Shown here in pieces: positions 11,075 through 21,107 of a stretch of 64,000 nt of DNA (positions are counted from its first letter, which is position 1; each line of letters opens with the position of its first letter). This stretch comes from Spirochaetia bacterium. GTDB taxonomy: Bacteria; Spirochaetota; Spirochaetia; WTKD01; G963693115. Location of the stretch: contig OZ244590.1 in assembly GCA_965218205.1 (NCBI GenBank), positions 840,857-904,856 of the forward strand. Reading direction: 5' to 3'. The position numbers and the translations under genes were made by a program. The notes below the pieces were generated by a model. The model worked only from the letters and a program-made list of their open reading frames with translations, made no database searches and was not told the DNA's origin.

Positions 11075-12238
11075 ATGGATAGCTCTCAATATATTATTTT
11101 TGCAGGAGGAGGAAGTGGAGGCCATGTATTTCCTGGATTAGCAGTATGGGAATCTTTACAGGAACGAGATATATGTAATTGTATATGGATAGGATCTCAC
11201 AAGGGTCCTGAAAAATCACTTGTTACTAAGTACGGAATTCCTTTTTATGCAATAGCAACTGGAAAATTGAGGCGATATATGTCACTGAAAAATGTAAGTG
11301 ATATATATCGTATTATGATGGGTATTGTGCAAGCACGGAGATTACTGAAAAAACATAAAGCACGATATGTTATCTCTACAGGAGGGTTTGCTTCTTTTCC
11401 TGTTGTATTTGCTGCATGGACTTTAGGCATACCTGTAGCAAGTGTTATACTTGATATTAGTCTTAGTTTAGCAAATAAGCTCAATAAAGCGTTTTCTTCT
11501 GTGTTGTTCTTTTCGTATGCTGCAACTATGGATAAGGTAAAAAGCAAAGTTCCAAAAATATATTCTGCGTATCCTGTACGTTCCCAAATATATGCAGCAA
11601 ACCCAGTTCTTATTGAACAATTATACGATATCAATGTATATGATAAAAGAGTACATAACAAGACTTCCTCTGTGTATCAGAAACATAAGAGAATTGTTTT
11701 TTGTGTAGGAGGAAGTCTTGGAGCAAAACAAATAAATGATGTAGTCGTTCATCTACGAAAAGCACTTTCGGATGATGTGCTTATATTTCATCAGACAGGG
11801 AAGCAGCTTGAACAACAGGATTCTCACATACAAAAAGACAATACACAACAAGAAAACATATCTTCCCATAACTATATTCAGAAAGACTTTTTTTCAAAAG
11901 AGTATGCACATATATTGGCAGCTGCAGACCTTGTGCTCAGCCGTGCTGGGACAGGTGCAATTTGGGAATGCATAGTGTTATCACGTCCTACAGTACTGCT
12001 ACCCTTACCTCGCTCTCATTCACGGGGGGATCAAGTAGAAAATGCTGCGTATTTTGCAAAAAAAGGAGCTATGATTGATCTTGGAACAGATATGTCTTCT
12101 CAAGATATAGTGAAATCTATACAGCTATTGCTCTATGACGAAAAGAGACAAAAAGAGTTATCAATGGAATGTCATGCACTGCTCCCTTCTCATAAGAGTG
12201 TGGATATTATTGCAGACTATATTGTATCTTGTGTATAA
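11075..12238 (+). CDS. murG: UDP-N-acetylglucosamine--N-acetylmuramyl-(pentapeptide) pyrophosphoryl-undecaprenol N-acetylglucosamine transferase MurG.
   Basis: N-terminal GGGSGGHVFPGLAV glycine-rich motif and the GT-B C-terminal domain (GGSLGAKQIN). Confidence 0.85.
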   Translation: MDSSQYIIFAGGGSGGHVFPGLAVWESLQERDICNCIWIGSHKGPEKSLVTKYGIPFYAIATGKLRRYMSLKNVSDIYRIMMGIVQARRLLKKHKARYVISTGGFASFPVVFAAWTLGIPVASVILDISLSLANKLNKAFSSVLFFSYAATMDKVKSKVPKIYSAYPVRSQIYAANPVLIEQLYDINVYDKRVHNKTSSVYQKHKRIVFCVGGSLGAKQINDVVVHLRKALSDDVLIFHQTGKQLEQQDSHIQKDNTQQENISSHNYIQKDFFSKEYAHILAAADLVLSRAGTGAIWECIVLSRPTVLLPLPRSHSRGDQVENAAYFAKKGAMIDLGTDMSSQDIVKSIQLLLYDEKRQKELSMECHALLPSHKSVDIIADYIVSCV

Positions 12239-12297
12239 TAAATATATTGGTATGTAGTATAGGTTCGCATACATATAATATATAAAGGCGATATAGA

Positions 12298-12795
12298 ATG
12301 GGTCAAGTTATAAATTTTTTAATTATTGCTATTTGTCTTTATTTTGCTATAAGAGGGCTATTTTTTGGTTTTGTGTCAGGAATATTTTCTTTACTTGCAT
12401 ATGTCATAAGTTATTTTGCTGCAATGATATTTGCTCCTATGTTGATACAACTTGTAAAAGAGAATACTGCTATAAATGAACTTCTTATTCAAATAATTTC
12501 ATATGTCGTAATTTTTTTACTATCTTATATTATCATTAAGATTTTTGAAATGCAGATAGCTCGTATTACAAATACTAGTATATTATCAGGATTAAATAGG
12601 GTGTCAGGGATTATATTGGGATTGTTGCAGGGGATAGTGGTAGTAGTATTTATTGATTTTCTCTTACAGGTGCAACCTGTGTTTGAATTTTCTTCATTTC
12701 TTAATAGTAGTTCTGTCCTTATGTACTTGCGTGATATGTCCACTGTAGTACATCAGTACATACGTACTGTTATTCCTTCTACTCCTAGTATATAG
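12298..12795 (+). CDS. cvpA: CvpA-family (colicin V production) membrane protein.
   Basis: 165-aa protein with four TM segments and a CvpA-like N-terminus (INFLIIAICLYFAIRG). Confidence 0.65.
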   Translation: MGQVINFLIIAICLYFAIRGLFFGFVSGIFSLLAYVISYFAAMIFAPMLIQLVKENTAINELLIQIISYVVIFLLSYIIIKIFEMQIARITNTSILSGLNRVSGIILGLLQGIVVVVFIDFLLQVQPVFEFSSFLNSSSVLMYLRDMSTVVHQYIRTVIPSTPSI

Positions 12796-14045
12796 TGGTA
12801 TCTCCAATGTTTGAATCTATTATAGGGTACAGTGAAATATGTAAACAATGTGCAGAGTTTGTGCATACTAACTCTACCCCTTCTGTATTTCTTATATCAG
12901 GAAATCGTTATGCTGGCAAATGTAGTATTGCTCTTGAATTTTCACGTTTATTGCTTTGTGAAAGAACAACCGAAGAAATATCTTCACAAACACAGTGTAT
13001 GTGTAATAGCTGTATGCTAGCAAGAAAACAGAATCATCCTGATATTAAAGTGTTAGGAAACCGAAATTTTTCTATTGAGCTTGATGCAGTATTTAATGCC
13101 TTTATTGCTAATAAACAGGAGCAGACAAGACAGGCTTTGTTGCAGGTGTTGAGAAAATTGCTTGCAAGAGCAGATTTTATTGTATGGGAAGATACAGAAG
13201 TTTGGTCCTCAGGAATAAAATCTGCAAGTGCAGCTCTGGCTGATAAGTTATACAAATACGAAACAATGGAAAATGATGAATGGCAACGGATCTCTGTGAG
13301 TGTGTTTACTGATATATATAAGGCAGCACTAAAACTTATTCAGTCTTTTCCTGAACAAATGTACACGGTAAAAGGTATTCGCAATATTATTTCTTGGGCT
13401 AAAGTAAGTTCGCGTAGTAATCTAAAAATAGTAATTTTTGAATATGCTGATAAAATGTCAAGTATGGTGGAAAATATGCTCTTAAAAACATTGGAAGAGA
13501 GTCCACAAAATACTATTTTTTTTGTATTAAGTGATAATCCCTATGCATTGTTAGAGACTACACGTTCGCGACTGTTTCATATATCTGTTCCTCAACGATC
13601 TATAGCACAAGAGTTACAGGTAATTGAGCAAATTTTGGGAGTAACACAGGAACAGCTAGCTGCTAAAAAAGTACCTATTAAAACAATACGAGATTTTATG
13701 CAGCATTTTTCACAATCACAAGGAAATCATGATGTATCTATGTATGCTGATAGGTATTTACATGCCCTTCAACAACACAAGCATTTTGATGCTACATTGT
13801 TAGAGTTTCTTCGTGCCACTCATACAAAGCAATCAAAACTAGCTCTGTTTTTTTTGGAAATGATACGTACTAAAATTCATCAGTACCTATTTACCTCGCA
13901 GAAATATGCAACTGCATTGCCATTGATATGGAAAACAGTAGAAGAAACATATATAAGAATAGAAAAGTATCATGTATCACCAAAGTATATTTTAGAATCT
14001 CTTTACTATTCATTGGCTCAGTGGTATGAAAAATTTTCTCTCTAA
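12795..14045 (+). CDS. holB: DNA polymerase III delta' subunit-like AAA+ clamp-loader protein.
   Basis: P-loop-like SGNRYAGKCSIALEF followed by a Cys cluster (CMCNSCM) resembling the delta' zinc module, and an SRC-like region. Confidence 0.6.
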   Translation: MVSPMFESIIGYSEICKQCAEFVHTNSTPSVFLISGNRYAGKCSIALEFSRLLLCERTTEEISSQTQCMCNSCMLARKQNHPDIKVLGNRNFSIELDAVFNAFIANKQEQTRQALLQVLRKLLARADFIVWEDTEVWSSGIKSASAALADKLYKYETMENDEWQRISVSVFTDIYKAALKLIQSFPEQMYTVKGIRNIISWAKVSSRSNLKIVIFEYADKMSSMVENMLLKTLEESPQNTIFFVLSDNPYALLETTRSRLFHISVPQRSIAQELQVIEQILGVTQEQLAAKKVPIKTIRDFMQHFSQSQGNHDVSMYADRYLHALQQHKHFDATLLEFLRATHTKQSKLALFFLEMIRTKIHQYLFTSQKYATALPLIWKTVEETYIRIEKYHVSPKYILESLYYSLAQWYEKFSL

Positions 14046-15219
14046 AGCAAAACGTACTCTTTCAAAATTAGATAATCAACAGATTATAGAACTATACTCT
14101 AATGTGCTGAGTGAACAGAGTAATATTGATAGTTTATTTCAGTCTTTGCCAGAATTATTTATTATCTATGATATAGAGGGCAAGGTACTATTTTATAGTA
14201 ATCATTTATTAGATCGCTACGGGTTTGTAAAACGGATAAAAGGAAAATATATATGGGATGTTCTTATCAATACTCAGTTATCTGATAAAATACAAAAGGC
14301 ACTTAAAAATAATGAAGATGTAGATGAAGTATTACTCGTAAAACATGACTCTAAAAGTGACGAAGTGTATCACACACGGTTTCGTACTTTACCATTTGTA
14401 CAAGAAAAAAAAATTACAGGGACAATACTCATTGTTTCTGATTATACTGCAGAAAAACAGTATATTGAAGACATAGTGCGTTTAGGGAGGATATCTTCAA
14501 TGTCCGATATATCAAGTGGCATTGCCCATGAGATAAGAAACCCTCTTGCTGCTATTGGACTGCATTTACACTTAATACAGAAAGAAATTGATCGCATATC
14601 AAAACAAAATCCTACTATTGAAACAGAAAAACTTACACGATATACAAAAATCATTGAAGAAGAATGTCAATCTATGGATGATGTTGTAAGTTTCTTTTTG
14701 TATAATACAAAGAAAGAGTCCTTTGAGGTGGATATGATAGATATTAATAGTCTTATCCGATCAGTGTTAGAGTTAATAGTCCCTGAATGTGAGCAAAAGA
14801 ATATACATGTTTATACGCAGCTAAGTGATGGAAAAGCATTTGTTCTTATTGCTCCATCGGCAATACGGCATGTATTGCTAAATTTGATAAAAAATGCAAT
14901 GGATGCTATGACACAAGAAGATATAAATGAAAAGACCTCAAAAGATATTACCATAGGGAGCAGAGTAAAAGATAATATAGTACAGGTATGCGTTGCAGAT
15001 ACAGGGAGAGGGATAGACAAAAGCATTAAAGATAAAATTTTTAATGCCTATTTTACTACAAAGGACGATGGTACTGGTATTGGATTAGCTATTGTAGAAA
15101 AAATTATGGAGCTTCATAAAGGAAAGATATATCTTGAAACGCAATATAAAAAAGGAGCTTGTTTTGTATTAGAATTTCCAGCCTATGCAAAATATTTTTT
15201 ACAGAAAGAATCTTTTTAG
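14026..15219 (+). CDS. Sensor histidine kinase (PAS-HisKA-HATPase).
   Basis: H-box SSGIAHEIRNPLAAI; N, G1 and G2 boxes (NLIKNAMDA, DTGRGI, GTGIGLAIV). It overlaps the previous gene by 20 nt. Confidence 0.8.
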   Translation: MKNFLSKAKRTLSKLDNQQIIELYSNVLSEQSNIDSLFQSLPELFIIYDIEGKVLFYSNHLLDRYGFVKRIKGKYIWDVLINTQLSDKIQKALKNNEDVDEVLLVKHDSKSDEVYHTRFRTLPFVQEKKITGTILIVSDYTAEKQYIEDIVRLGRISSMSDISSGIAHEIRNPLAAIGLHLHLIQKEIDRISKQNPTIETEKLTRYTKIIEEECQSMDDVVSFFLYNTKKESFEVDMIDINSLIRSVLELIVPECEQKNIHVYTQLSDGKAFVLIAPSAIRHVLLNLIKNAMDAMTQEDINEKTSKDITIGSRVKDNIVQVCVADTGRGIDKSIKDKIFNAYFTTKDDGTGIGLAIVEKIMELHKGKIYLETQYKKGACFVLEFPAYAKYFLQKESF

Positions 15220-15294
15220 CCTACATTATACACAAAACAGTGCTATAATAAGAGTAGGTGTAAGTAGTATGTGCTACTCCTATGAAACATATGT

Positions 15295-16641
15295 ATGAAA
15301 TTTAGAATTCTTATAGCAGATGATGAAGTGAATCTCAGAGCAGGCCTTATAGAGGTATTGAGTAGTGATTACGAGGTGCAAGGGGTTGCCAATGGAAAAG
15401 AAGCAATACAAAAGCTTTCTGAGGAAGAGTTTGATCTAGTATTATCAGATGTCAAAATGTCTCCAGTATCAGGAGAGGCACTGTTACATCATATTATAAC
15501 AAACTATTCTACTATACCAGTTATTATGTTTACTGGACACGGAACAGTAAAGAATGCAGTAGATGCAATGCACAGGGGAGCTTTTGATTATATTAGTAAG
15601 CCCATCAATATACAGCATTTACAACAGCTTATTCGTCGTGCTTTGCAAAATCGTAATGTATCATTGAAAAATAGAGCGATAGATGAAGAATTAGCACAGT
15701 TAAGTGAACAACTTCATTTTATTACTAAGAATAAAAGAATGCTTCAGTTATTGGATAATATAAAGTTAATTGCACCTACTAATTCTGTTGTCTTACTGAC
15801 AGGAGAAAGTGGAGTAGGGAAAGAGATTCTTTGTAATCGTATTCATAAGTTATCCGATAGGAGTAATAAGCCCATAGTCTCCGTGCATTGTGCAGCATTA
15901 TCCGAATCTTTGCTTGAGAGCGAGCTATTTGGTCATGAAAAAGGAGCATTTACTGGTGCTATTGCACAACGTAAAGGGCGTTTTGAGCTTGCAGACGGAG
16001 GAACTATATTTTTAGATGAGATAGGGGAAATAGATAAAAATCTTCAAGTGAAACTTTTGCGGGTATTGCAAGAAAAAAGTTTTGAGCGTGTAGGAGGAGA
16101 AGAATCTATTAGTGTTGATGTGAGGATTATTGCTGCGACTAATAGAAATTTACGACAGGAAGTTGAAAACGGTAATTTTAGAGAAGATCTATACTATCGT
16201 TTAAGTGTCATTCATATTGAAGTGCCTTCTTTGAGTGACAGGCCTGAAGATGTACTGTTATATGCACAGCATTTTTTGCAGCAATTTTTAGTGTTATACA
16301 ATAAACAGCATATACAAGGATTTTCAAAAAAAGTACTTCTCATTTTTACGAAGTATCACTGGCCAGGCAACATACGTGAATTACGTAATTGTGTAGAACG
16401 AGCTGTTATTATTGCTCGTTCTAAGATAATCAATGTGGAGGATCTTCCTAATGAAATTCATGAAGAAAGAGGAGCTCGTCATATAGAGTTTTCGTTAGGG
16501 ATGCGTCTTGAAGAAGTAGAAAGGCTGTATATACAGCGGATGCTTGATTATTTTGATGGTAATAAAAGTGAAACTGCGAAAGCACTAGGTATTGGACGCA
16601 AGACACTTCATAATAAAATCAATAAGTATCATTTATTGTAG
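15295..16641 (+). CDS. Sigma-54-dependent response regulator, NtrC family (REC, AAA+ and Fis-type HTH domains).
   Basis: Receiver Asp (ADDE...SDVKM), Walker A GESGVGKE, ESELFGHEKGAFTGA (GAFTGA motif), Walker B FLDEIGE, and a C-terminal HTH (ETAKALGIGRKTLHNKI). Confidence 0.9.
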   Translation: MKFRILIADDEVNLRAGLIEVLSSDYEVQGVANGKEAIQKLSEEEFDLVLSDVKMSPVSGEALLHHIITNYSTIPVIMFTGHGTVKNAVDAMHRGAFDYISKPINIQHLQQLIRRALQNRNVSLKNRAIDEELAQLSEQLHFITKNKRMLQLLDNIKLIAPTNSVVLLTGESGVGKEILCNRIHKLSDRSNKPIVSVHCAALSESLLESELFGHEKGAFTGAIAQRKGRFELADGGTIFLDEIGEIDKNLQVKLLRVLQEKSFERVGGEESISVDVRIIAATNRNLRQEVENGNFREDLYYRLSVIHIEVPSLSDRPEDVLLYAQHFLQQFLVLYNKQHIQGFSKKVLLIFTKYHWPGNIRELRNCVERAVIIARSKIINVEDLPNEIHEERGARHIEFSLGMRLEEVERLYIQRMLDYFDGNKSETAKALGIGRKTLHNKINKYHLL

Positions 16642-16671
16642 GAGATACAGTATCTTTTTTGTAAAGAGGAA

Positions 16672-16696
16672 GAGCTGTCTTTATAGAAAACAGCTC
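16672..16696. terminator. Putative bidirectional intrinsic terminator hairpin between convergent genes.
   Basis: GAGCTGT-cttatagaaa-ACAGCTC perfect 7-bp stem between the NtrC-like gene (+) and ssb (-). Confidence 0.4.
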
Positions 16697-16717
16697 TCCA
16701 GCTATTAGAGTCAGTTC

Positions 16718-17137
16718 TTAAAAAGATACTTCCTCAACTTCAGTGTTTCCTTGAACTTGCGACTCAGCTTCAAAGTTTTGATTTTCTTGTTCTTTGCTGT
16801 TATTGCCTTGCTTTTTTTTAGGGAAAAAATCAGCGTGTTCCCCAATGACTTTTATGGTCTGTCGTGCATTATCATTGGCATCTTTCCAACGTTCCTGTTT
16901 CAGCCTGCCAACAATTCTAATGCCATTGCCTTTATGTAAATATTTTGCACAATTTTCAGCAGTTTTTCCCCAGAACTCAATTTGAAAAAATGAAGTCTCT
17001 TGGATATTTACATCATCTTTTTTATAGAATCTATTGCAGCCTATGGAAAAAGTACATAGACTTTTTGATTCAATTTGTTTTAGTGTAGGATCTTGAGTAA
17101 GATGTCCTTCTAATAGTACAGAATTTAAGTTATTCAT
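16718..17137 (-). CDS. ssb: Single-stranded DNA-binding protein.
   Basis: OB-fold N-terminus (MNNLNSVLLEGHLTQDP...) and an acidic C-terminal tail ending EEVSF (D/E-x-x-F type). Confidence 0.85.
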   Translation of the reverse strand: MNNLNSVLLEGHLTQDPTLKQIESKSLCTFSIGCNRFYKKDDVNIQETSFFQIEFWGKTAENCAKYLHKGNGIRIVGRLKQERWKDANDNARQTIKVIGEHADFFPKKKQGNNSKEQENQNFEAESQVQGNTEVEEVSF

Positions 17138-17225
17138 GTAACCTCCTTATATAGAGTAATATATGTATTTCTTGCTTTTGATTGAAAAAATCAGTAAAAA
17201 ATAAGAAAATACAGTACAATGAGGT

Positions 17226-17681
17226 ATGCAAAGAAAAGACAATAGCAATATCCTATTACACTATAGAGTAGCGATGCAAGTACGAGATTACGAATGTGAT
17301 GCACAGGGAGTAGTGAACAATGCAGTGTACCTTAACTATTTAGAACATGCGAGAAATCAGCTTTTTTGGAATAAAGGGCTTTCTTTGACAGATTTACATG
17401 CTATAGGGGAAGATCCTGTTGTTGCAAAAATTGAAGTACAGTATATGCGTTCTTTACATGCACGATCCTATTTTTATGTTGATACTCAAGTGGAAACAAA
17501 AGGGAATTTTAAGCTCCTCTTTCATCAAACGATACTAAAAGGATCATCACAGCAAAGAGAACAGGAGGCTAATGATCTAGAATCAATAGTACATGCAAAA
17601 GCTATTGTTACTGTGGCAGTATTACAGCAGGGGAGTCCAACACGGATAAAGAATACAACATTATACACTGCACTTGTGTAG
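17226..17681 (+). CDS. Acyl-CoA thioesterase, 4HBT/YbgC-like hotdog fold.
   Basis: The DAQGVVNNAVYLNYLEHARNQ pattern is typical of YbgC/4HBT thioesterases. Confidence 0.65.
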   Translation: MQRKDNSNILLHYRVAMQVRDYECDAQGVVNNAVYLNYLEHARNQLFWNKGLSLTDLHAIGEDPVVAKIEVQYMRSLHARSYFYVDTQVETKGNFKLLFHQTILKGSSQQREQEANDLESIVHAKAIVTVAVLQQGSPTRIKNTTLYTALV

Positions 17682-17712
17682 CTGTGTATCTGCTCTATTG
17701 TGTATTGTGTCC

Positions 17713-18216
17713 TTAAGATTTACAGCCACATGAGCCACCACAGCCACATCCTTGATTTTCATCAGGCATGGTAATATTGGTGATAGTGGCAGTAAAAAAT
17801 AACTCTTTTCCTGCTAAAGGATGATTGCCATCTACTGTTACCAGATCATTTTCCACTGCAGTAATAGTCATCTGCGTATTGTTGATAGAGACAGTGTTTC
17901 CTACTGTAATTTGGTAGTCAGCAGGAAAAGAATTGCGAGGAAGCACATGTACTAAACCAGAGTCCTTCTCTCCATATGCTTCGCCTGCAGGAACGCTAAA
18001 GGTACGTGTCTCTCCCACAACTGCCCCTTCAAGATTTTTTTCTAAACCGGGAATTGCATCACCAAAGCCAGCGAGGAATGTGTATTCTCCACTATGCTCA
18101 GAGCTTCCCAATATAGTATTATCTTTATCAGCAAAGGAGTACTCTATACTGATACTGTAGCCTTGTTCTACTTGCAATGTGTTTTGTGATATGTTTTGTT
18201 GCATTTCGTTACTCAT
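17713..18216 (-). CDS. slyD: FKBP-type peptidyl-prolyl cis-trans isomerase SlyD.
   Basis: FKBP domain plus an insert-in-flap and a Cys/Gly-rich metal-binding tail (GCGCGGSCGCKS). Confidence 0.8.
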   Translation of the reverse strand: MSNEMQQNISQNTLQVEQGYSISIEYSFADKDNTILGSSEHSGEYTFLAGFGDAIPGLEKNLEGAVVGETRTFSVPAGEAYGEKDSGLVHVLPRNSFPADYQITVGNTVSINNTQMTITAVENDLVTVDGNHPLAGKELFFTATITNITMPDENQGCGCGGSCGCKS

Positions 18217-18372
18217 AACGATATATATTGTAGTACAAATTGTTTTTTTGTGCTATTGTAAGAAGGGGTATGAAAATTCAAATTAGAAGCCGAACAGAAG
18301 TACCAAAAAACACCTCAAAAGGGATGTATTGTATTGACCATAAGGCTATGCTATGATATAGTAATAGTAAGT

Positions 18373-18444
18373 GCGAGCGTCGTATAGCGGCTATTATATC
18401 AGCCTTCCAAGCTGAGGATGCGGGTTCGATTCCCGCCGCTCGCT
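18373..18444 (+). tRNA. tRNA-Gly (anticodon UCC).
   Basis: Cloverleaf: acceptor GCGAGCG/CGCTCGC, anticodon stem TCAGC/GCTGA with loop CTTCCAA, T-arm GCGGG-TTCGATT-CCCGC. Confidence 0.85.
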
Positions 18445-18486
18445 ATAGTATTGAAATTATTGCAAAAAAATTAAGCAGGGGGAAAT

Positions 18487-18750
18487 ATGAAATTACGGGG
18501 AGAAATTTACTCAGATAAGTATAGTACTTCAAATGGTCGTAGAACATATTTTTTTAATGTCAAAAAAAATAGAGAAGGCGATCTTTTCTTAAATCTTGTC
18601 GAAAGCATGAAGAAATTTGATGGTCGTTTTGATAGACAAGAAATTATTATCTATGAAGAGCATATAGAAGAGTTTAGAGACGCTTTTAATAGGGTTATTG
18701 ACGAATTTATTGTTCTAAAGCAAAAACACAGTAAAGATTCACCTGAATAA
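18487..18750 (+). CDS. PUR-alpha-like nucleic-acid-binding protein (DUF3276 family).
   Basis: YSDKYSTSNGRRTYFFNVKKNREGDLFLNLVES...GRFDRQEIIIYEEHIEEF resembles the bacterial PUR repeat found in Bacteroidetes and spirochetes. Confidence 0.5.
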   Translation: MKLRGEIYSDKYSTSNGRRTYFFNVKKNREGDLFLNLVESMKKFDGRFDRQEIIIYEEHIEEFRDAFNRVIDEFIVLKQKHSKDSPE

Positions 18751-18871
18751 GATTCACCTGAATATTTAGTACAGGTATCTTATTACGATACCTGTATATT
18801 TTCTTTCCATTCTCTTTGTTGTTATAGTATATCGTGAATATGCTTGTTCTATGCAATTTGCAAAGTAATGT

Positions 18872-19771
18872 TTATATACTCACTTTTAGTTGAGATAACA
18901 AGTCCTTTGGTACTTTATTTTGTGGTCTAGAACCTAGTAAATATGCAAGGAACATAGCACGTGGTGCTGAATCTGATCCTGCTATGATATTACTTTGCAT
19001 TAGTTTCATGAAATCAAATTCTTCACGTAATAGTAAAAGAATACAGTAAGGAAGATTACTTCGAATATCACATCCTAATCCAGCATCTTCTATTAACAAA
19101 CGGGTACTTTTGTCTGTTGACGCAAGTGCCTGTCCTTTTTTAATAAGATCAATCAGTTCTGTATCATTTGTGTTACTATTGGCATACTGTATTGTTTGTT
19201 CTATACTGTACTCGTTTGCTACTGCTATGCTAGCATGTATAAGCCATTGTATGCCTGCTCTAATAAGGGCATGATTATGGGTCATATTACTTCTTTTTTG
19301 TATTGATGTAATAATATCTTCTGCACTGTTGTCAGCATGAGATTGTACGATAAGAGATACCCCACACAGTACTCCACAGAAATCGGTACTCGTAGTATAG
19401 TATGGAGTTATATTTTTTTGTAAATTTTGAAGTGTACTCTTTGTGCTACCATCTTTATGTCCATCATAGTTTTCTACAAACTGCTGCCAAGATTTGCTGT
19501 ACTCATCAGTAGAAAAAGAGCTATTGTTTTTTCCATAATGATATAAATGTAAAAGCATGTCACCGTAATGGCTTTGTTGTCCTTTTTCTTTGTTAGCAAA
19601 ATAAGTGTTATATTTTCCTGAATTAAGCATAGAGAGATCAATAGAACCATTTTCAATAAGAGTATCTATGTTTTTAAAATCATAGTTCCAATGCAAAGGC
19701 ATAGTATATGAATCAGCCACGAATATATGTTGTAAAAGATTTTGTATATTTAGGTTTTTAATAGTATCCAT
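18872..19771 (-). CDS. ADP-ribosylglycohydrolase-family-like protein (tentative).
   Basis: Weak resemblance to ARH motifs: N-terminal VADSYTMPLHW, THNHALIRAGIQWL, and C-terminal IIAGSDSAPRAMFLAYLLGS (GGDTDT-like). No strong signature. Confidence 0.4.
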   Translation of the reverse strand: MDTIKNLNIQNLLQHIFVADSYTMPLHWNYDFKNIDTLIENGSIDLSMLNSGKYNTYFANKEKGQQSHYGDMLLHLYHYGKNNSSFSTDEYSKSWQQFVENYDGHKDGSTKSTLQNLQKNITPYYTTSTDFCGVLCGVSLIVQSHADNSAEDIITSIQKRSNMTHNHALIRAGIQWLIHASIAVANEYSIEQTIQYANSNTNDTELIDLIKKGQALASTDKSTRLLIEDAGLGCDIRSNLPYCILLLLREEFDFMKLMQSNIIAGSDSAPRAMFLAYLLGSRPQNKVPKDLLSQLKVSI

Positions 19772-19876
19772 AGTTGTATTATAGTATATTTATTCTGTTT
19801 TTGCTCATTTGTCAATTTAATGCTTGAATTTCCAGATGCTTGAGCTTGTGATTTGAACTTTTGAATTTGAATTTCT

Positions 19877-19893
19877 AAATAAAGCCCTTTTTT
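19877..19893. repeat. 17-bp direct repeat (AAATAAAGCCCTTTTTT) flanking IS copy A on the left; identical copy at 21108-21124.
   Basis: Exact sequence identity at both IS boundaries. Confidence 0.85.
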
Positions 19894-21107
19894 GTAGTTT
19901 TACCGTTTCGTGTGAACCCTTTTGATAAAATCAGTATACTGCAAAATTTCTATTATGCCAAGTGTGTAATGTTCGTTTAGTAAGGAAAGTATCAACAATA
20001 AGAGGGCGCAGAGTAAGTACACAAGGATCCAGAGAAGGACTTTTTTCTTTGAGCAACAAAGCAGGAGAGCCGTGTTTATAAGAGTTATGGCGTTGATGAT
20101 TAAAGCTATATTGATACTCAGCACTTTTGAGTAAAAAAGTACTGAGAGTAGGATTCTGCATTTTTGCATAGCATTCAGTTTCAATAAGTTTATGAGAAGC
20201 CTCGACATCAGAATTGTAAGTAGGAGAAGCATATGGGATAGTAGTATGGTGTGCCTCGTATGCTGCAAGAGAAGCAACAAAAGCAGATTGTTTAGTACTA
20301 AAAGCCCCTGAGATAAACTCAGAGCCATTATCAGTTTGAATAGTAATAGAGGAAGTATCAACGTGAAAAGAAGCAAGATGAGTAAGCAGATATTCAATAA
20401 ACAAAGCGGTATGAGAAGAGCTTTTTTGAGTGGCAAAGCATATCCATAAAGCCCCTGTAGCAACATCGCGTGCGGTAATTTGATACTTTGGGAGGCAAAA
20501 TTTGCGTAATGAGAAGTATAATTCAGGGATATCGGTAAGATATTTAATATCTACTTGTATTTTTTGACAAAACTGCAGCAGTTGCTTCCATAGGCGTGCC
20601 TCTTGTTTCTTTTCTGCTTTTTGCTTTTTATGTGTCTTAAAAAACCCCATCTTTCTCAGATGCTTAATGATAGTCTTTATGGAATAAGGAATGGCATACT
20701 CTCGTTTTATATGAGAGGCAATACATCGTTGATGATAGTGCTGTAATGTTTCGCATATCTCTTTGAGTTTTAACTGATAGTAAGGTATCATGGTATTAGG
20801 ATGTTCTACTGAAGCAGGACGCCTATCATAGAGCATAGCTTTCGGCTTCTCTTTGTATCTTTGCAGCCATTTGCGTACGGTATTAGGAGATATATGAAAG
20901 ATACGAGCAGTACTTTTGATACCGTGTTCTTTTGCAGAAAGTGCTATAGCTAAGCGTACTTTATGCAGTTCTTTTTGATTTCTTGTATTATAAAGTGTAG
21001 AGTATATCATGTACTCACCCCCTTTTTTTTTATTTTTGTTTGTTATTTCCATGATAGTATAATTACTATCATGGATTTTGGGGGGTCACACGAAACGGTA
21101 AAACTAC
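19894..21107 (-). mobile_element. IS481-family-like insertion sequence, copy A (1214 bp), with imperfect ~24-bp terminal inverted repeats (GTAGTTTTACCGTTTCGTGTGA...).
   Basis: Near-identical over 1214 bp to the element at 58515-59728 in opposite orientation. It has terminal inverted repeats and a single DDE/rve transposase gene. Confidence 0.85.
19931..21010 (-). CDS. IS481-family DDE transposase (rve integrase core with an N-terminal HTH), copy A.
   Basis: HTH (GIKSTARIFHISPNTVRKWLQRY), IQVDIKYL, TDNGSEFIS catalytic core. 359 aa from MIYSTLYN; the ORF track extends it to 21052 through an A9 tract. Confidence 0.85.
   Translation of the reverse strand: MIYSTLYNTRNQKELHKVRLAIALSAKEHGIKSTARIFHISPNTVRKWLQRYKEKPKAMLYDRRPASVEHPNTMIPYYQLKLKEICETLQHYHQRCIASHIKREYAIPYSIKTIIKHLRKMGFFKTHKKQKAEKKQEARLWKQLLQFCQKIQVDIKYLTDIPELYFSLRKFCLPKYQITARDVATGALWICFATQKSSSHTALFIEYLLTHLASFHVDTSSITIQTDNGSEFISGAFSTKQSAFVASLAAYEAHHTTIPYASPTYNSDVEASHKLIETECYAKMQNPTLSTFLLKSAEYQYSFNHQRHNSYKHGSPALLLKEKSPSLDPCVLTLRPLIVDTFLTKRTLHTWHNRNFAVY

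Noticed and set aside
11245-11661. 138-aa minus-strand ORF overlapping murG
   Set aside because: It overlaps the well-supported MurG frame and has no motif; spurious.
19790-19876. Short TTGAATTT-like reiterations (gcttgaatttccagatgcttgagcttgtgatttgaacttttgaatttgaatttc) left of IS copy A
   Set aside because: The reiterations are degenerate, short and AT-rich, and could be promoter or terminator debris of the adjacent ARH-like gene. There is no consistent period and too little evidence for a functional repeat element.
19900-20466. 188-aa Leu-rich ORF on the minus strand, and its twin at 59156-59722 on the plus strand
   Set aside because: It lies entirely inside the IS transposase gene in an alternative frame. 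The low-complexity Leu-rich translation of an AT-rich coding strand, present identically in both IS copies, is an overlapping-frame artefact.
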